A stretch of DNA of 64,000 nucleotides from Pseudomonadota bacterium (lineage in GTDB: Bacteria; Campylobacterota; Campylobacteria; Campylobacterales; Sulfurimonadaceae). Location: contig JAZDQA010000007.1 of assembly GCA_043797085.1 (NCBI GenBank), forward strand, positions 1 to 64,000. Reading direction: 5' to 3'. The notes below the pieces were generated by a model that was given only the letters and a program-made list of their open reading frames with translations, was not told the DNA's origin and did not search any database. This document shows positions 31,496 through 40,651 of the stretch, one piece after another; position 1 is the stretch's first letter, and every line of letters starts with the position of its first letter. Both the position numbers and the translations under genes were made by a program.

Positions 31496-33283
31496 TTATT
31501 GCGAATAAATTACTACACTGTACGCGCCGATAGAAACTGCAGCATGAAAAGCAAGCCCATCATATTTACCATTTTTTGCGATAATATCAACACTCGGATA
31601 GTTTCCAAAATCATCACTATACCTTTCCCAATCGCTATTAAAACGAAGTTTCCAAGCTCCTTCGGCCGGAAATCCGATGATGTAATCTTCTTGTGTCTCA
31701 TGGTAGAAGTTAGCAACAATCACGACGTCATCTGCTGGTCCTCCCTTGTCCCAACGATGAAAAGCAATGAGCTTGCGGTCATCATTCAAGTGGTAGACTT
31801 GAGTAAACTGCCCGTATAAACCGCGTGTGAAGCCCTCACGGTTGGAGCGCAACCGTATGAGGTCCCGATACAGAAGAACGATACCGTGAAATTCAGCACA
31901 TTGATCCCAATCAACGGGAACCGTGTCACGAAACCATCCCCCCTCAAGGAATTCTTGACCTTGAAAAAGCATAGGGATACCGGGGGAGGTAAAGACCATC
32001 GCTGCAGCCAGTGTCGATCGTTTCCGCGCGTACCATCCTTTGGGGTCATTCGGATTAATCTCTTGAGGTACACGAGCATGTCCGTTTGCTACCTCGTCAT
32101 GCGATTCGCTGTAGATAACCCGGTCAAAGGCATCATCGTTATAACGGTATAAGATGGCATCACGGATGGCTTCGAGTGATCGCTGCTCATCTTGGGGTGT
32201 TATTACCGCCTGACGTATGGGATGGACAAACATGGCATCCCACTGAGAGGCGAAACCAGCACCGCCCGCTCCAACCTCTTTGGTGAGCCATTTATTGTTT
32301 TGAAGATCCTCAGCGATCGAGATCCGACCGGGAAATTTCTGTGTTATTTCGCTATTGATCCACTGAAGCAGGCGCCACCCATCAGGAATATCCTGTACTT
32401 CGGAACCGTTGACCGTACGAATAAACTGGGTGCAGTCGAAGCGGATACCATCTACATGATACTCCTCTAGCCACATCATAACGTTATCCATGAGGTAGTG
32501 ACGAACCTCTTCTCGTCCGTAATCGGGTCTAGTTTCCCCCCATGGAGTAATCGCCCGAATATCGTTGTAGAAATAGATTCCGCCGCGACCGTTTTCACTC
32601 CAACCGTCAAACTGCCACAGATCAAGATCACTAGGACCTAGGTGGTTGTACACAACGTCCAGTATCACTGCAATATCGGCTTGATGGGCGCGCTTGATAA
32701 ACTGTTTAAACGCCAACGGTCCTCCGTACTCACCATCTACCGAAAAAATATGGGAAGGGTTATAACCCCATGAGCGTTCTCCCGCGAACTCTCCTATGGG
32801 CATAATCTGTATCGCATTGACACCGAGTTTTTTCAAATGTCCCAGACGCGCGGATACCGATGAAAACTCACCCTGATGGACAACGTCTTCTTGATCATTG
32901 AACGTCCCGACATGCAGTTCGTAGATGACAAGTTCATTCCACGCTGCGATGGTAAACTCATCCCCCTGCCAGTCAAAACGTGTATCGTGAACGATGGCAT
33001 TGCCGATCGAGTTCGTCACTTCACGGGCATACGGATCGATCCGCTTGAACTCACCGTTTTGCGTAGAGAGGAGAAACAGATATTGATCATCCGCATGAGC
33101 CTCAGCGACATTGGCATACCAATAGCCATTTTTCTCAGAGTGCATCGGGTGCGTGGCAGCGTCCCATTCGTTGAACGATCCGATAACGGATACGCGTTGT
33201 GCATGGGGTGCCCACACACGAAAAGCAACTCCCCCAGCGTGCAGAATCGCTCCCATCCCTTTTATTTTAGTTTCATTACTCAT
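31496..33283 (-). CDS. GH13 alpha-amylase family protein with CBM48 (branching enzyme/trehalohydrolase-like)
   Basis: FRVWAPHA, YELHVGTF, WGYNP, DVVYNH; catalytic RFD, AED, SHD. Confidence 0.9.
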   Translation of the reverse strand: MSNETKIKGMGAILHAGGVAFRVWAPHAQRVSVIGSFNEWDAATHPMHSEKNGYWYANVAEAHADDQYLFLLSTQNGEFKRIDPYAREVTNSIGNAIVHDTRFDWQGDEFTIAAWNELVIYELHVGTFNDQEDVVHQGEFSSVSARLGHLKKLGVNAIQIMPIGEFAGERSWGYNPSHIFSVDGEYGGPLAFKQFIKRAHQADIAVILDVVYNHLGPSDLDLWQFDGWSENGRGGIYFYNDIRAITPWGETRPDYGREEVRHYLMDNVMMWLEEYHVDGIRFDCTQFIRTVNGSEVQDIPDGWRLLQWINSEITQKFPGRISIAEDLQNNKWLTKEVGAGGAGFASQWDAMFVHPIRQAVITPQDEQRSLEAIRDAILYRYNDDAFDRVIYSESHDEVANGHARVPQEINPNDPKGWYARKRSTLAAAMVFTSPGIPMLFQGQEFLEGGWFRDTVPVDWDQCAEFHGIVLLYRDLIRLRSNREGFTRGLYGQFTQVYHLNDDRKLIAFHRWDKGGPADDVVIVANFYHETQEDYIIGFPAEGAWKLRFNSDWERYSDDFGNYPSVDIIAKNGKYDGLAFHAAVSIGAYSVVIYSQ

Positions 33284-33286
33284 GGT

Positions 33287-34597
33287 TTAATTCTTTTTTT
33301 GTAACGACTCATCGCATTCCATACAAACTTTATTCCGTCCGCTTTTTTTGGCGTTATAGAGTTCTATGTCTGCTTGTGAATAAAATGTGTCTGCTGTACT
33401 TAATTGATCGAATACTGCAACACCGATGGATGCTGTTATGTACTTAGAAGCACTGTTATGCTGATGTTCAATGTGCAACTCTTCAATAGCAATACGTAAT
33501 TGCTCAGCCTGCTGATAAATTTCGTTCTGTGTATTTGCGGTACAAATAATACCAAACTCTTCACCGCCTAAACGAAAGCAAAAATCACTTGCACGATGAA
33601 AATGTTTTTGAATGGTGCTTGCTATGGCAATTAAAACATCATCCCCTCGCAAATGTCCATACGTGTCATTGTAAAGTTTGAAAAAATCAACGTCAAGCAT
33701 AATGAATGCAAGAAGTGTATGGTTACGTTTTATACGGTTTATTTCTCTTGGTAAAATTTTATTAAAATATCGTCGATTGAAGAGGGCTGTCATGCCATCG
33801 GTAAGCGCTAAATGTTTTAATTTCTTTTTGTAGTTTTCTGCATGGGTTATATCGGTAAACGTAACAACAAATCTATTTTTGTCAAATGGTGATGCTCTAA
33901 CTAAAAAAATATGATCTTCATTGGTAGCGGGATTTTTAATTTTTGCTTTTGCATCTCCATTGCGATATTTTAGAGTTTTATTGATCCATGTAGGATGATT
34001 AGAAAGAAATCCGTTTTCCTCAATAAAAAGCTCACTAATACTTTTATGTTGGCTCATAAAAGTCATGAAATCTGAAAAACCAAAGAAATTCAGCATTTTT
34101 TTATTTGCCATTATAAGTTTGGTATTGTCTGTCAAAATAACAAAACCATCTTGCGTGTCTAAGAGTTTTTGGATGTAGTTTTCGTTTTCAATAACTCCGG
34201 TAGTATAAATTTGATTTTCATATTTAATGTAGTTTGTATGTACGAGAACAGGGTAAAGGTTTCCATCTTTTGCTTTGTGAATAGTATGGTGTTGGAAGTT
34301 TTTTTTAACCGTAAAATTTTCCAAAAAAACATCATTCAAAAAAGAATCTTGAAAATGGATATCTATATCGCCTATGGTCATATTCAAAAGCTCTTCTCTT
34401 GAATAATGGTATTTGTGTACAAAGGAATCATTAACATAGACGAAACGATGATTTTGATCCGCTACAAAAATTAGGTTATTGATGTGATTGATTATATAGT
34501 CAATAAATTGAACTTTCTCTGTTTGTAACCCTGTATTAATAGGGTCGGAAGAGAATTTTGAACTTAATAATAAATCCAGAATATTTTTAAAATCCAT
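33287..34597 (-). CDS. PAS-PAS-GGDEF diguanylate cyclase
   Basis: PAS domains, RASD I-site, GGEEF. Confidence 0.9.
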   Translation of the reverse strand: MDFKNILDLLLSSKFSSDPINTGLQTEKVQFIDYIINHINNLIFVADQNHRFVYVNDSFVHKYHYSREELLNMTIGDIDIHFQDSFLNDVFLENFTVKKNFQHHTIHKAKDGNLYPVLVHTNYIKYENQIYTTGVIENENYIQKLLDTQDGFVILTDNTKLIMANKKMLNFFGFSDFMTFMSQHKSISELFIEENGFLSNHPTWINKTLKYRNGDAKAKIKNPATNEDHIFLVRASPFDKNRFVVTFTDITHAENYKKKLKHLALTDGMTALFNRRYFNKILPREINRIKRNHTLLAFIMLDVDFFKLYNDTYGHLRGDDVLIAIASTIQKHFHRASDFCFRLGGEEFGIICTANTQNEIYQQAEQLRIAIEELHIEHQHNSASKYITASIGVAVFDQLSTADTFYSQADIELYNAKKSGRNKVCMECDESLQKKN

Positions 34598-34795
34598 TTG
34601 CGTCTTCTCTCTTATTTATTATCATAATCCGTATGCAAGTACTATCACTTCATCCAAACGAGGATTATTAGAATCAAATCTAGTAGTATTTTGAAAATAG
34701 TCTAACTTAGAATAATGACTTTTTTATGGATGTTTGAAGCACTTCACTTTATAAGAGAGGAGTTTATGAGGAGGAGGGGGCTTACTGCTGTTTCT

Positions 34796-35992
34796 TTACA
34801 AATATGTTTTTAAAAGCTCTGGTGTCACACCGTATGATTTGAGCAGTAATGCAGCGGTGGATACGTCATTGTTTTCGAGTTTTAATGCTGCAATGTAGAT
34901 TCTTCCCAGTAAACCTGAGTGAACGAGGAGGGCATCTTTGATTTCATCGGTGGGATTAAGGGAGTGGACGATTTGGTCTACTGGAAGATTCATGACACCT
35001 TCCAATAATGAATATAAAGCAATCAATCGTGCGCTTTCGATCAATTCTTCACAAGGGTTTGGGGAAGCATAGTCGAGTAATTTTAATATTACATCAACCC
35101 GATTTTGGGTAAAAAAAGTGTAATTATTGATGCTTGCGGTTGAGCTTGTCCCTGATTTGGAATAAATGATGAGTAGAAGCCATTGGGTCAGAGCATTTTT
35201 CCCCATTCTGTCTATCATTTCTTTGATGGAGGATGCTTGGTAGGTATATTCAGGATGAGTTGAGGTTAAAAACTGAATGAGCTGAAGAGAAAGGGCGCTT
35301 TGGCGCTTGAATGCGGTGTAAATTTCCTCCAGTGAGGCATCCGTTTGCAAAAGCGAAAACAGCGAGAGAACATCCCCGTTTTTAGGATCAATGCGAGGAT
35401 GGGTGATGAGATGCGATTTGGCGAAATAAAACCCTTGGAAGTAGTCAAATCCAAGTAATTGATACGCTTCGAAAAGTTCATAAAATTCGATTCGCTGTGC
35501 AATGAGCTTTATCTGTCCAAAAGGGTTTGGAAAAAAGTGTAACTGCTCTATATCGGTTTGGTTGACGTCAAATTTTGCAAAAGAGATACAAGAAAAAAGA
35601 GGACCGAAATCTTCGAGATATTGGGGATGGAAGGAGGCGTTATCAAGCGCGAATTGATACCCGTTAGAGTGATAATAGCGGATGGCATCATGAATCTGAG
35701 CGGTATGTTTCATGGTCTCTGAGAGTTCAAAAACAAATTTTTCTTTAGGAAGGGTACGAATAATGTCTGTCAGCATGAGCGGACCATCGGTGTTAATAAA
35801 CGCCAGAGAGTCTCCAAAACTTGCAGCTGTTCCGATTTGATTCAGAATATTGACCAAGACGGAACTTGTTGCATGTCTCGGATCATCGATGCTGCATTTT
35901 CCTTCTTCATCGCGATAAAAAAATTCATATCCGATTATTTGCTCGTTACAATTCATAATGGGTTGACGAGCAAGGCTAAGGGTATTATTCAT
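34796..35992 (-). CDS. EAL-HDOD protein (YuxH-like), degenerate EAL
   Basis: ARQPI..GYEFFYR, ALDN, FQGFYF, then HDOD-like helical domain. Confidence 0.85.
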   Translation of the reverse strand: MNNTLSLARQPIMNCNEQIIGYEFFYRDEEGKCSIDDPRHATSSVLVNILNQIGTAASFGDSLAFINTDGPLMLTDIIRTLPKEKFVFELSETMKHTAQIHDAIRYYHSNGYQFALDNASFHPQYLEDFGPLFSCISFAKFDVNQTDIEQLHFFPNPFGQIKLIAQRIEFYELFEAYQLLGFDYFQGFYFAKSHLITHPRIDPKNGDVLSLFSLLQTDASLEEIYTAFKRQSALSLQLIQFLTSTHPEYTYQASSIKEMIDRMGKNALTQWLLLIIYSKSGTSSTASINNYTFFTQNRVDVILKLLDYASPNPCEELIESARLIALYSLLEGVMNLPVDQIVHSLNPTDEIKDALLVHSGLLGRIYIAALKLENNDVSTAALLLKSYGVTPELLKTYL

Positions 35993-36153
35993 CTGAACAC
36001 TTTATAACTAATAGATACAGGAAGTGTAGCGTATTTTGCTTTTGAATACTAGAAAAATTTTTCAAATAAATCATGTTGCATCTTTATACCTTACTAAAAC
36101 ACTGTGTTTACTAGACAATAAAATATACTTCTGTTAGAATGCCATCAAATATT

Positions 36154-36171
36154 ACTGAATGAACATTCAGT
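36154..36171. promoter_or_regulatory. Palindromic operator downstream of the cysK -10
   Basis: ACTGAATG-AA-CATTCAGT; TAGAAT -10 at 36135-36140. Confidence 0.65.
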
Positions 36172-36244
36172 TTTGTTGTTTTAATCAAGCGATTTTAGGT
36201 GTGAGTTACATCACGAGGAGTCTTTACTAAAGAAGGAGGGAACA

Positions 36245-37177
36245 ATGAAAATAGCTGCCAACATTACTGAATTGATTGGTAATACACCATTGGTGAAATT
36301 GAAGTTTGAAGAAAATGAAACCATACTGTTAGGTAAATGTGAATTTATGAACCCGTCCGGATCGGTAAAAGATCGAATCGGAAGTAACATGATTCTTCAA
36401 GCAATAAAGCGGGGAGAGATTACACCTGAGAGTGTCATCGTAGAACCTACGAGTGGAAATACCGGGATTGCGCTTGCCTCTGTTGCTGCAAATCTTGGAT
36501 TGAAATTGATTCTTACAATGCCCAGTTCAATGAGCCTTGAACGCAGACGTATTTTAGTGGCGTTGGGGGCTCAAATCGTTTTGACTGAACCTGCAAAGGG
36601 AATGGGCGGAGCAGTTTCAAAAGCATTGGAACTTTCTCAAACCTTGCCCAATGCTGTTTTGCTGCAGCAGTTTAATAATCCGGATAACTCCGAGATTCAT
36701 AGAGTGACAACGGCAGAAGAGATATGGAGTGATACGGACGGTAAAGTAGATATTTTTGTCGCTGCTGTCGGTACCGGGGGAACGATTACAGGTGTTGGGG
36801 AAGTGTTAAAACGCTATAACCCAAATATTCAGGTGATTGCTGTGGAACCGGATACATCTCCGGTCTTATCAGGAGAACCCGCCGGAGCGCATAAAATTCA
36901 AGGTATTGGTGCCGGGTTTATTCCACAAGTGCTCAATACGAAAGTCTATGATGAAATTGTTCGGATCACGAACGAGGAAGCCTTTGAGACTTCGAGAGAA
37001 ATCGCAAAAAAAGAGGGGTTGCTGGTAGGAATTTCTGCCGGAGCCAATGTTGCCGCAGCACGTAAAATTGCGGCCCGCCCTGAGAATAAAGGGAAAATAA
37101 TCGTAACGATTTTGTGCGATACCGGTGAACGGTACTTGAGTACGGAGCTTTACGAGTTTCCAGTGGAGAACAGTTGA
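36245..37177 (+). CDS. cysK: Cysteine synthase A
   Basis: NPSGSVKDR, EPTSGNTG, GTGGT, HKIQGIG, DTGERYLS. Confidence 0.96.
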   Translation: MKIAANITELIGNTPLVKLKFEENETILLGKCEFMNPSGSVKDRIGSNMILQAIKRGEITPESVIVEPTSGNTGIALASVAANLGLKLILTMPSSMSLERRRILVALGAQIVLTEPAKGMGGAVSKALELSQTLPNAVLLQQFNNPDNSEIHRVTTAEEIWSDTDGKVDIFVAAVGTGGTITGVGEVLKRYNPNIQVIAVEPDTSPVLSGEPAGAHKIQGIGAGFIPQVLNTKVYDEIVRITNEEAFETSREIAKKEGLLVGISAGANVAAARKIAARPENKGKIIVTILCDTGERYLSTELYEFPVENS

Positions 37178-37178
37178 A

Positions 37179-37409
37179 ATGAGAGACAAACATTATCGAA
37201 GCGTCATCAAAGCAGTCTCCTGGCGAACAGTTGGAACGATTGATACGATGGTTATTTCCTATTTTGTAACCGGAAATTTAATCTGGGCTATCTCAATCGG
37301 ATCGATTGAAGTTCTTACGAAAATGGTCTTATATTATTTTCATGAACGAGCTTGGGACGCAACAAATTTTGGACGAATAAAGGTGGTCAAAAACGACTAT
37401 CAAATTTAG
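37179..37409 (+). CDS. DUF2061-family small membrane protein
   Basis: RS..KA.SWR..GT.DT and YYFHER.W signature. Confidence 0.85.
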   Translation: MRDKHYRSVIKAVSWRTVGTIDTMVISYFVTGNLIWAISIGSIEVLTKMVLYYFHERAWDATNFGRIKVVKNDYQI

Positions 37410-37417
37410 GAGTAACG

Positions 37418-38125
37418 ATGAAAAATACGATTGATTTATTGAACAAAAAGTTTGAAAATGAACCGATTGAGAAAATATTGGAATATTTTGCCCAAACCTA
37501 TAAAGAGAAGATAGCCTTAGCTACGAGCTTTGGAGCGGAAGATCAGGTCCTGACAGATTTGCTGCTAAAACAAAATCCTAAGGGTAAAATATTTACCCTT
37601 GATACGGGGCGATTGGCAGAAGAGACGTATACCGTTATGGATCAGACAAATAAAAAATACGGCATCAAGATTGATGTCTATTTTCCCAATACTGCGGATA
37701 TTGAAATTCTTTATCAGCGTCAAGGGATCAACGGATTTCGTGAGAGTATCGAAAATCGAAAAATGTGCTGCCATGTTCGTAAAATCGCTCCGCTGCAAAG
37801 GGCATTAAAAGGATTGGATGTCTGGATAACCGGACTTCGACGTGCTCAATCTGCCACGCGAGATACGATGCGATTGGTCGAATGGGATAAAGCAAACGGA
37901 TTGATCAAACTTAATTTATTGATCGAGTGGAGTGAAGAAGACGTTTGGAACTGTATCAAAGAAAATAAGCTCCCTTATAACGCATTGCATGATCTTGGCT
38001 ATCCGAGTATCGGATGTGCTCCGTGTACGCGCGCAGTAAAAGAGGGAGAAGATATACGTGCCGGGCGATGGTGGTGGGAAAACCCTGAACATAAAGAGTG
38101 CGGATTGCACCTAAACGGAGGCTGA
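37418..38125 (+). CDS. cysH: APS/PAPS reductase ([4Fe-4S] APS-reductase type)
   Basis: LDTG, CC (MCCHVRK), SIGCAPCT, ECGLH; start moved to MKNTI (37418). Confidence 0.93.
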   Translation: MKNTIDLLNKKFENEPIEKILEYFAQTYKEKIALATSFGAEDQVLTDLLLKQNPKGKIFTLDTGRLAEETYTVMDQTNKKYGIKIDVYFPNTADIEILYQRQGINGFRESIENRKMCCHVRKIAPLQRALKGLDVWITGLRRAQSATRDTMRLVEWDKANGLIKLNLLIEWSEEDVWNCIKENKLPYNALHDLGYPSIGCAPCTRAVKEGEDIRAGRWWWENPEHKECGLHLNGG

Positions 38126-38127
38126 TT

Positions 38128-38220
38128 ATGACTGTTTTATTGGCGATTTTGCGTCAAATATGCGGAGACGACTGTGCGTCGCAACGCGAGGACTTGGCCG
38201 ACTGGGCCTTATTTGTATGA
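38128..38220 (+). CDS. Putative 30-aa peptide
   Basis: GGAGG at 38117-38121, ATG at 38128, MTVLLAILRQICGDDCASQREDLADWALFV, TGA at 38218-38220. Confidence 0.45.
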   Translation: MTVLLAILRQICGDDCASQREDLADWALFV

Positions 38221-38229
38221 ATATTAATG

Positions 38230-38310
38230 AAAAAATCTGCCTCATAATGAGGCAAGCTTTAGTAGCCCAAGCGGCTAGCGTAGCTAAAGGGATTTTATTC
38301 CTTTGGCGTT
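38230..38310 (-). repeat. Repeat family A copy 2
   Basis: Reverse complement matches 16460-16537; plus strand carries GTAG followed by a hairpin. Confidence 0.85.
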
Positions 38311-38326
38311 TAAATAAGGAAATACT

Positions 38327-39235
38327 ATGACTGAAGAACAACTGACCCATCTTAAAGTATTGGAAGCGGAATCGATCCATATTATGCGTGAAGTCATTGC
38401 TGAATTTGAAAATCCGGCGATGCTTTATTCTATTGGGAAAGATTCCTCTGTGATGCTTCATTTGGCATTGAAGGCATTTTATCCTTCAAAGTTACCGTTT
38501 CCACTTTTGCATGTGGATACGACATGGAAATTTAAAGAGATGATCGAGTTTCGTGATCGACGTATCGAAGAACTTGGATTAACGCTGTTGACGCATGTGA
38601 ATCCTGAGGGAGTTGCAAAAGGGGTTACACCGTTTACTCATGGGAGTTCTGTTTACACGGATATCATGAAAACAGAGGGGCTTAAACAGGCGTTGAATGA
38701 GCATAAATTTGATGCTGTTTTCGGTGGAGCACGACGGGATGAAGAAAAAAGTCGTGCCAAAGAGCGGATTTATTCGTTCCGTGACAAAAATCATCGTTGG
38801 GATTCTAAGAAACAGCGTCCTGAATTGTGGAATATTTACAATGGGCGCATTCATAAAGGGGAGAGTATACGGGTGTTTCCGTTATCCAACTGGACAGAGC
38901 TTGATATTTGGCAATACATTTATCTCGAAGGGATCCCTCTTGTTCCTCTTTATTTTGCTGCGCCGAGACCTGTGGTCGAACGTGACGGGGTTAAAATAAT
39001 GGTCGATGACGAACGGTTTCCTCTGGAAGAGGGAGAAATCCCTGTTATCGAGAATGTTCGTTTTCGAACGCTGGGCTGTTATCCGTTGACGGGTGCGGTT
39101 GCTAGTGATGCAGTAACGCTTCCTGACATTATTCAGGAAATGTTGCTGACTAAAACGTCTGAGAGACAAGGTCGTTTGATCGATGCCGATCAGGCAGGCT
39201 CCATGGAGAAGAAAAAAATTGAAGGATATTTTTAA
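38327..39235 (+). CDS. cysD: Sulfate adenylyltransferase subunit 2
   Basis: [31 protein letters not shown]. Confidence 0.97.
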   Translation: MTEEQLTHLKVLEAESIHIMREVIAEFENPAMLYSIGKDSSVMLHLALKAFYPSKLPFPLLHVDTTWKFKEMIEFRDRRIEELGLTLLTHVNPEGVAKGVTPFTHGSSVYTDIMKTEGLKQALNEHKFDAVFGGARRDEEKSRAKERIYSFRDKNHRWDSKKQRPELWNIYNGRIHKGESIRVFPLSNWTELDIWQYIYLEGIPLVPLYFAAPRPVVERDGVKIMVDDERFPLEEGEIPVIENVRFRTLGCYPLTGAVASDAVTLPDIIQEMLLTKTSERQGRLIDADQAGSMEKKKIEGYF

Positions 39236-40641
39236 TGGCACATCAATCGGATTTGATAGCTTCAAATATTCAAAGCTATCTGCATGAACAAGAACATAAA
39301 GAGCTGTTGCGTTTTATAACGTGCGGCAGTGTCGATGACGGCAAAAGTACTTTAATCGGAAGACTTTTACACGATTCCAAAATGATTTTTGAGGATCAGC
39401 TCGAAAGCATTAAAAATGACAGTAAAAAATCGGGGACGACAGGGGATAGAATCGATCTGGCACTCCTTGTGGATGGTCTTCAAAGTGAACGGGAACAGGG
39501 GATTACGATCGACGTAGCGTATCGCTATTTTTCGACCGATAAACGCAAATTTATTATTGCGGATACCCCTGGGCATGAGCAATATACGCGCAACATGGCT
39601 ACGGGTGCATCGACGGCAGATTTGGCGATTATCTTGATTGATGCTCGATACGGGATTGTGACGCAGACGCGCCGCCACTCGTTTATTGTTCGTCTTTTAG
39701 GGATTCGCAATGTCGTTGTTGCGATTAACAAAATGGATCTCTTGAAATATGACCAGGATGTGTTTGAAAAAATTGATACTGAGTATCGTGCATTTGCAAA
39801 AGAACTTGGGATAGAGAAAATTTATTCAGTACCGATGTCTGCGCTGGAGGGGGATAACGTTGTTACCCGCAGTGTTCATACTCCATGGTATGAGGGTAAG
39901 ACATTAATAGAACATCTCGAAGAGGTTCCTTTGTCTGCGCCATCGCCGGATGCACCGTTTCGAATGGCGATCCAGTATGTCAACCGTCCCAATCTCGATT
40001 TCAGAGGATTTGCCGGGACGATTGCTTCGGGAAGTATCGGTGTTGGTGAGAGTATAACGGTATTGCCGTCGGGGAAAAATGCTACGGTCAAAGCAATTGT
40101 GACGTATGACGGCGATTTAGAATCAGCATCTACCGCGCAAGCGATAACGTTGACACTGAATGAAGAGATCGATATCAGCCGTGGAAATATAATCATTAAA
40201 ACAGGTGCACCCATCAGTGTTTCGGATGCGATTACGGCAAATCTCGTTTGGATGGATGAAGAGCCCTTTCGTTTAGGGAAAAGCTATTTATTTAAAAGAG
40301 CGTCAACGGTTACCTCTACTGTAGTAGAGGGGATTGATTATCGTGTTGATGTCAATACTCAGGTCCGACAGGCTGCTCATGAATTGGGACTCAATGATAT
40401 TGGTTCGGTTCGTCTGGTATTGGGATCACCTTTGGTCTTTGATACGTATGAAGAAAATCGTCAAACGGGAGGATTTATCCTGATTGACAAAATTACCAAC
40501 AACACAGTTGCTGCGGGAATGATTACCGGCAGTACTCAAAAAGAGGCTAAAAAAGTAGGTGGAGCGTCCGAGTTCGAGGTAGAATTCAACGCCCTTGTTC
40601 GACGTCATTTCCCTCATTGGAATGCACAAATTGTTACATAA
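39235..40641 (+). CDS. cysN: Sulfate adenylyltransferase subunit 1 (no fused CysC)
   Basis: GSVDDGKST, EREQGITID, DTPGH, NKMD. Confidence 0.96.
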   Translation: MAHQSDLIASNIQSYLHEQEHKELLRFITCGSVDDGKSTLIGRLLHDSKMIFEDQLESIKNDSKKSGTTGDRIDLALLVDGLQSEREQGITIDVAYRYFSTDKRKFIIADTPGHEQYTRNMATGASTADLAIILIDARYGIVTQTRRHSFIVRLLGIRNVVVAINKMDLLKYDQDVFEKIDTEYRAFAKELGIEKIYSVPMSALEGDNVVTRSVHTPWYEGKTLIEHLEEVPLSAPSPDAPFRMAIQYVNRPNLDFRGFAGTIASGSIGVGESITVLPSGKNATVKAIVTYDGDLESASTAQAITLTLNEEIDISRGNIIIKTGAPISVSDAITANLVWMDEEPFRLGKSYLFKRASTVTSTVVEGIDYRVDVNTQVRQAAHELGLNDIGSVRLVLGSPLVFDTYEENRQTGGFILIDKITNNTVAAGMITGSTQKEAKKVGGASEFEVEFNALVRRHFPHWNAQIVT

Positions 40642-40651
40642 GGAGTAACGA

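Noticed and set aside
31365..36000. Integrative element at tRNA-Met with attL/attR
   Set aside because: No integrase, and I found no duplicated tRNA 3' end downstream.
38126..38461. 111-aa minus-strand ORF, and the 125-aa ORF at 16498-16875
   Set aside because: Antisense shadows of cysD and glnK running through repeat family A; no recognisable protein features.
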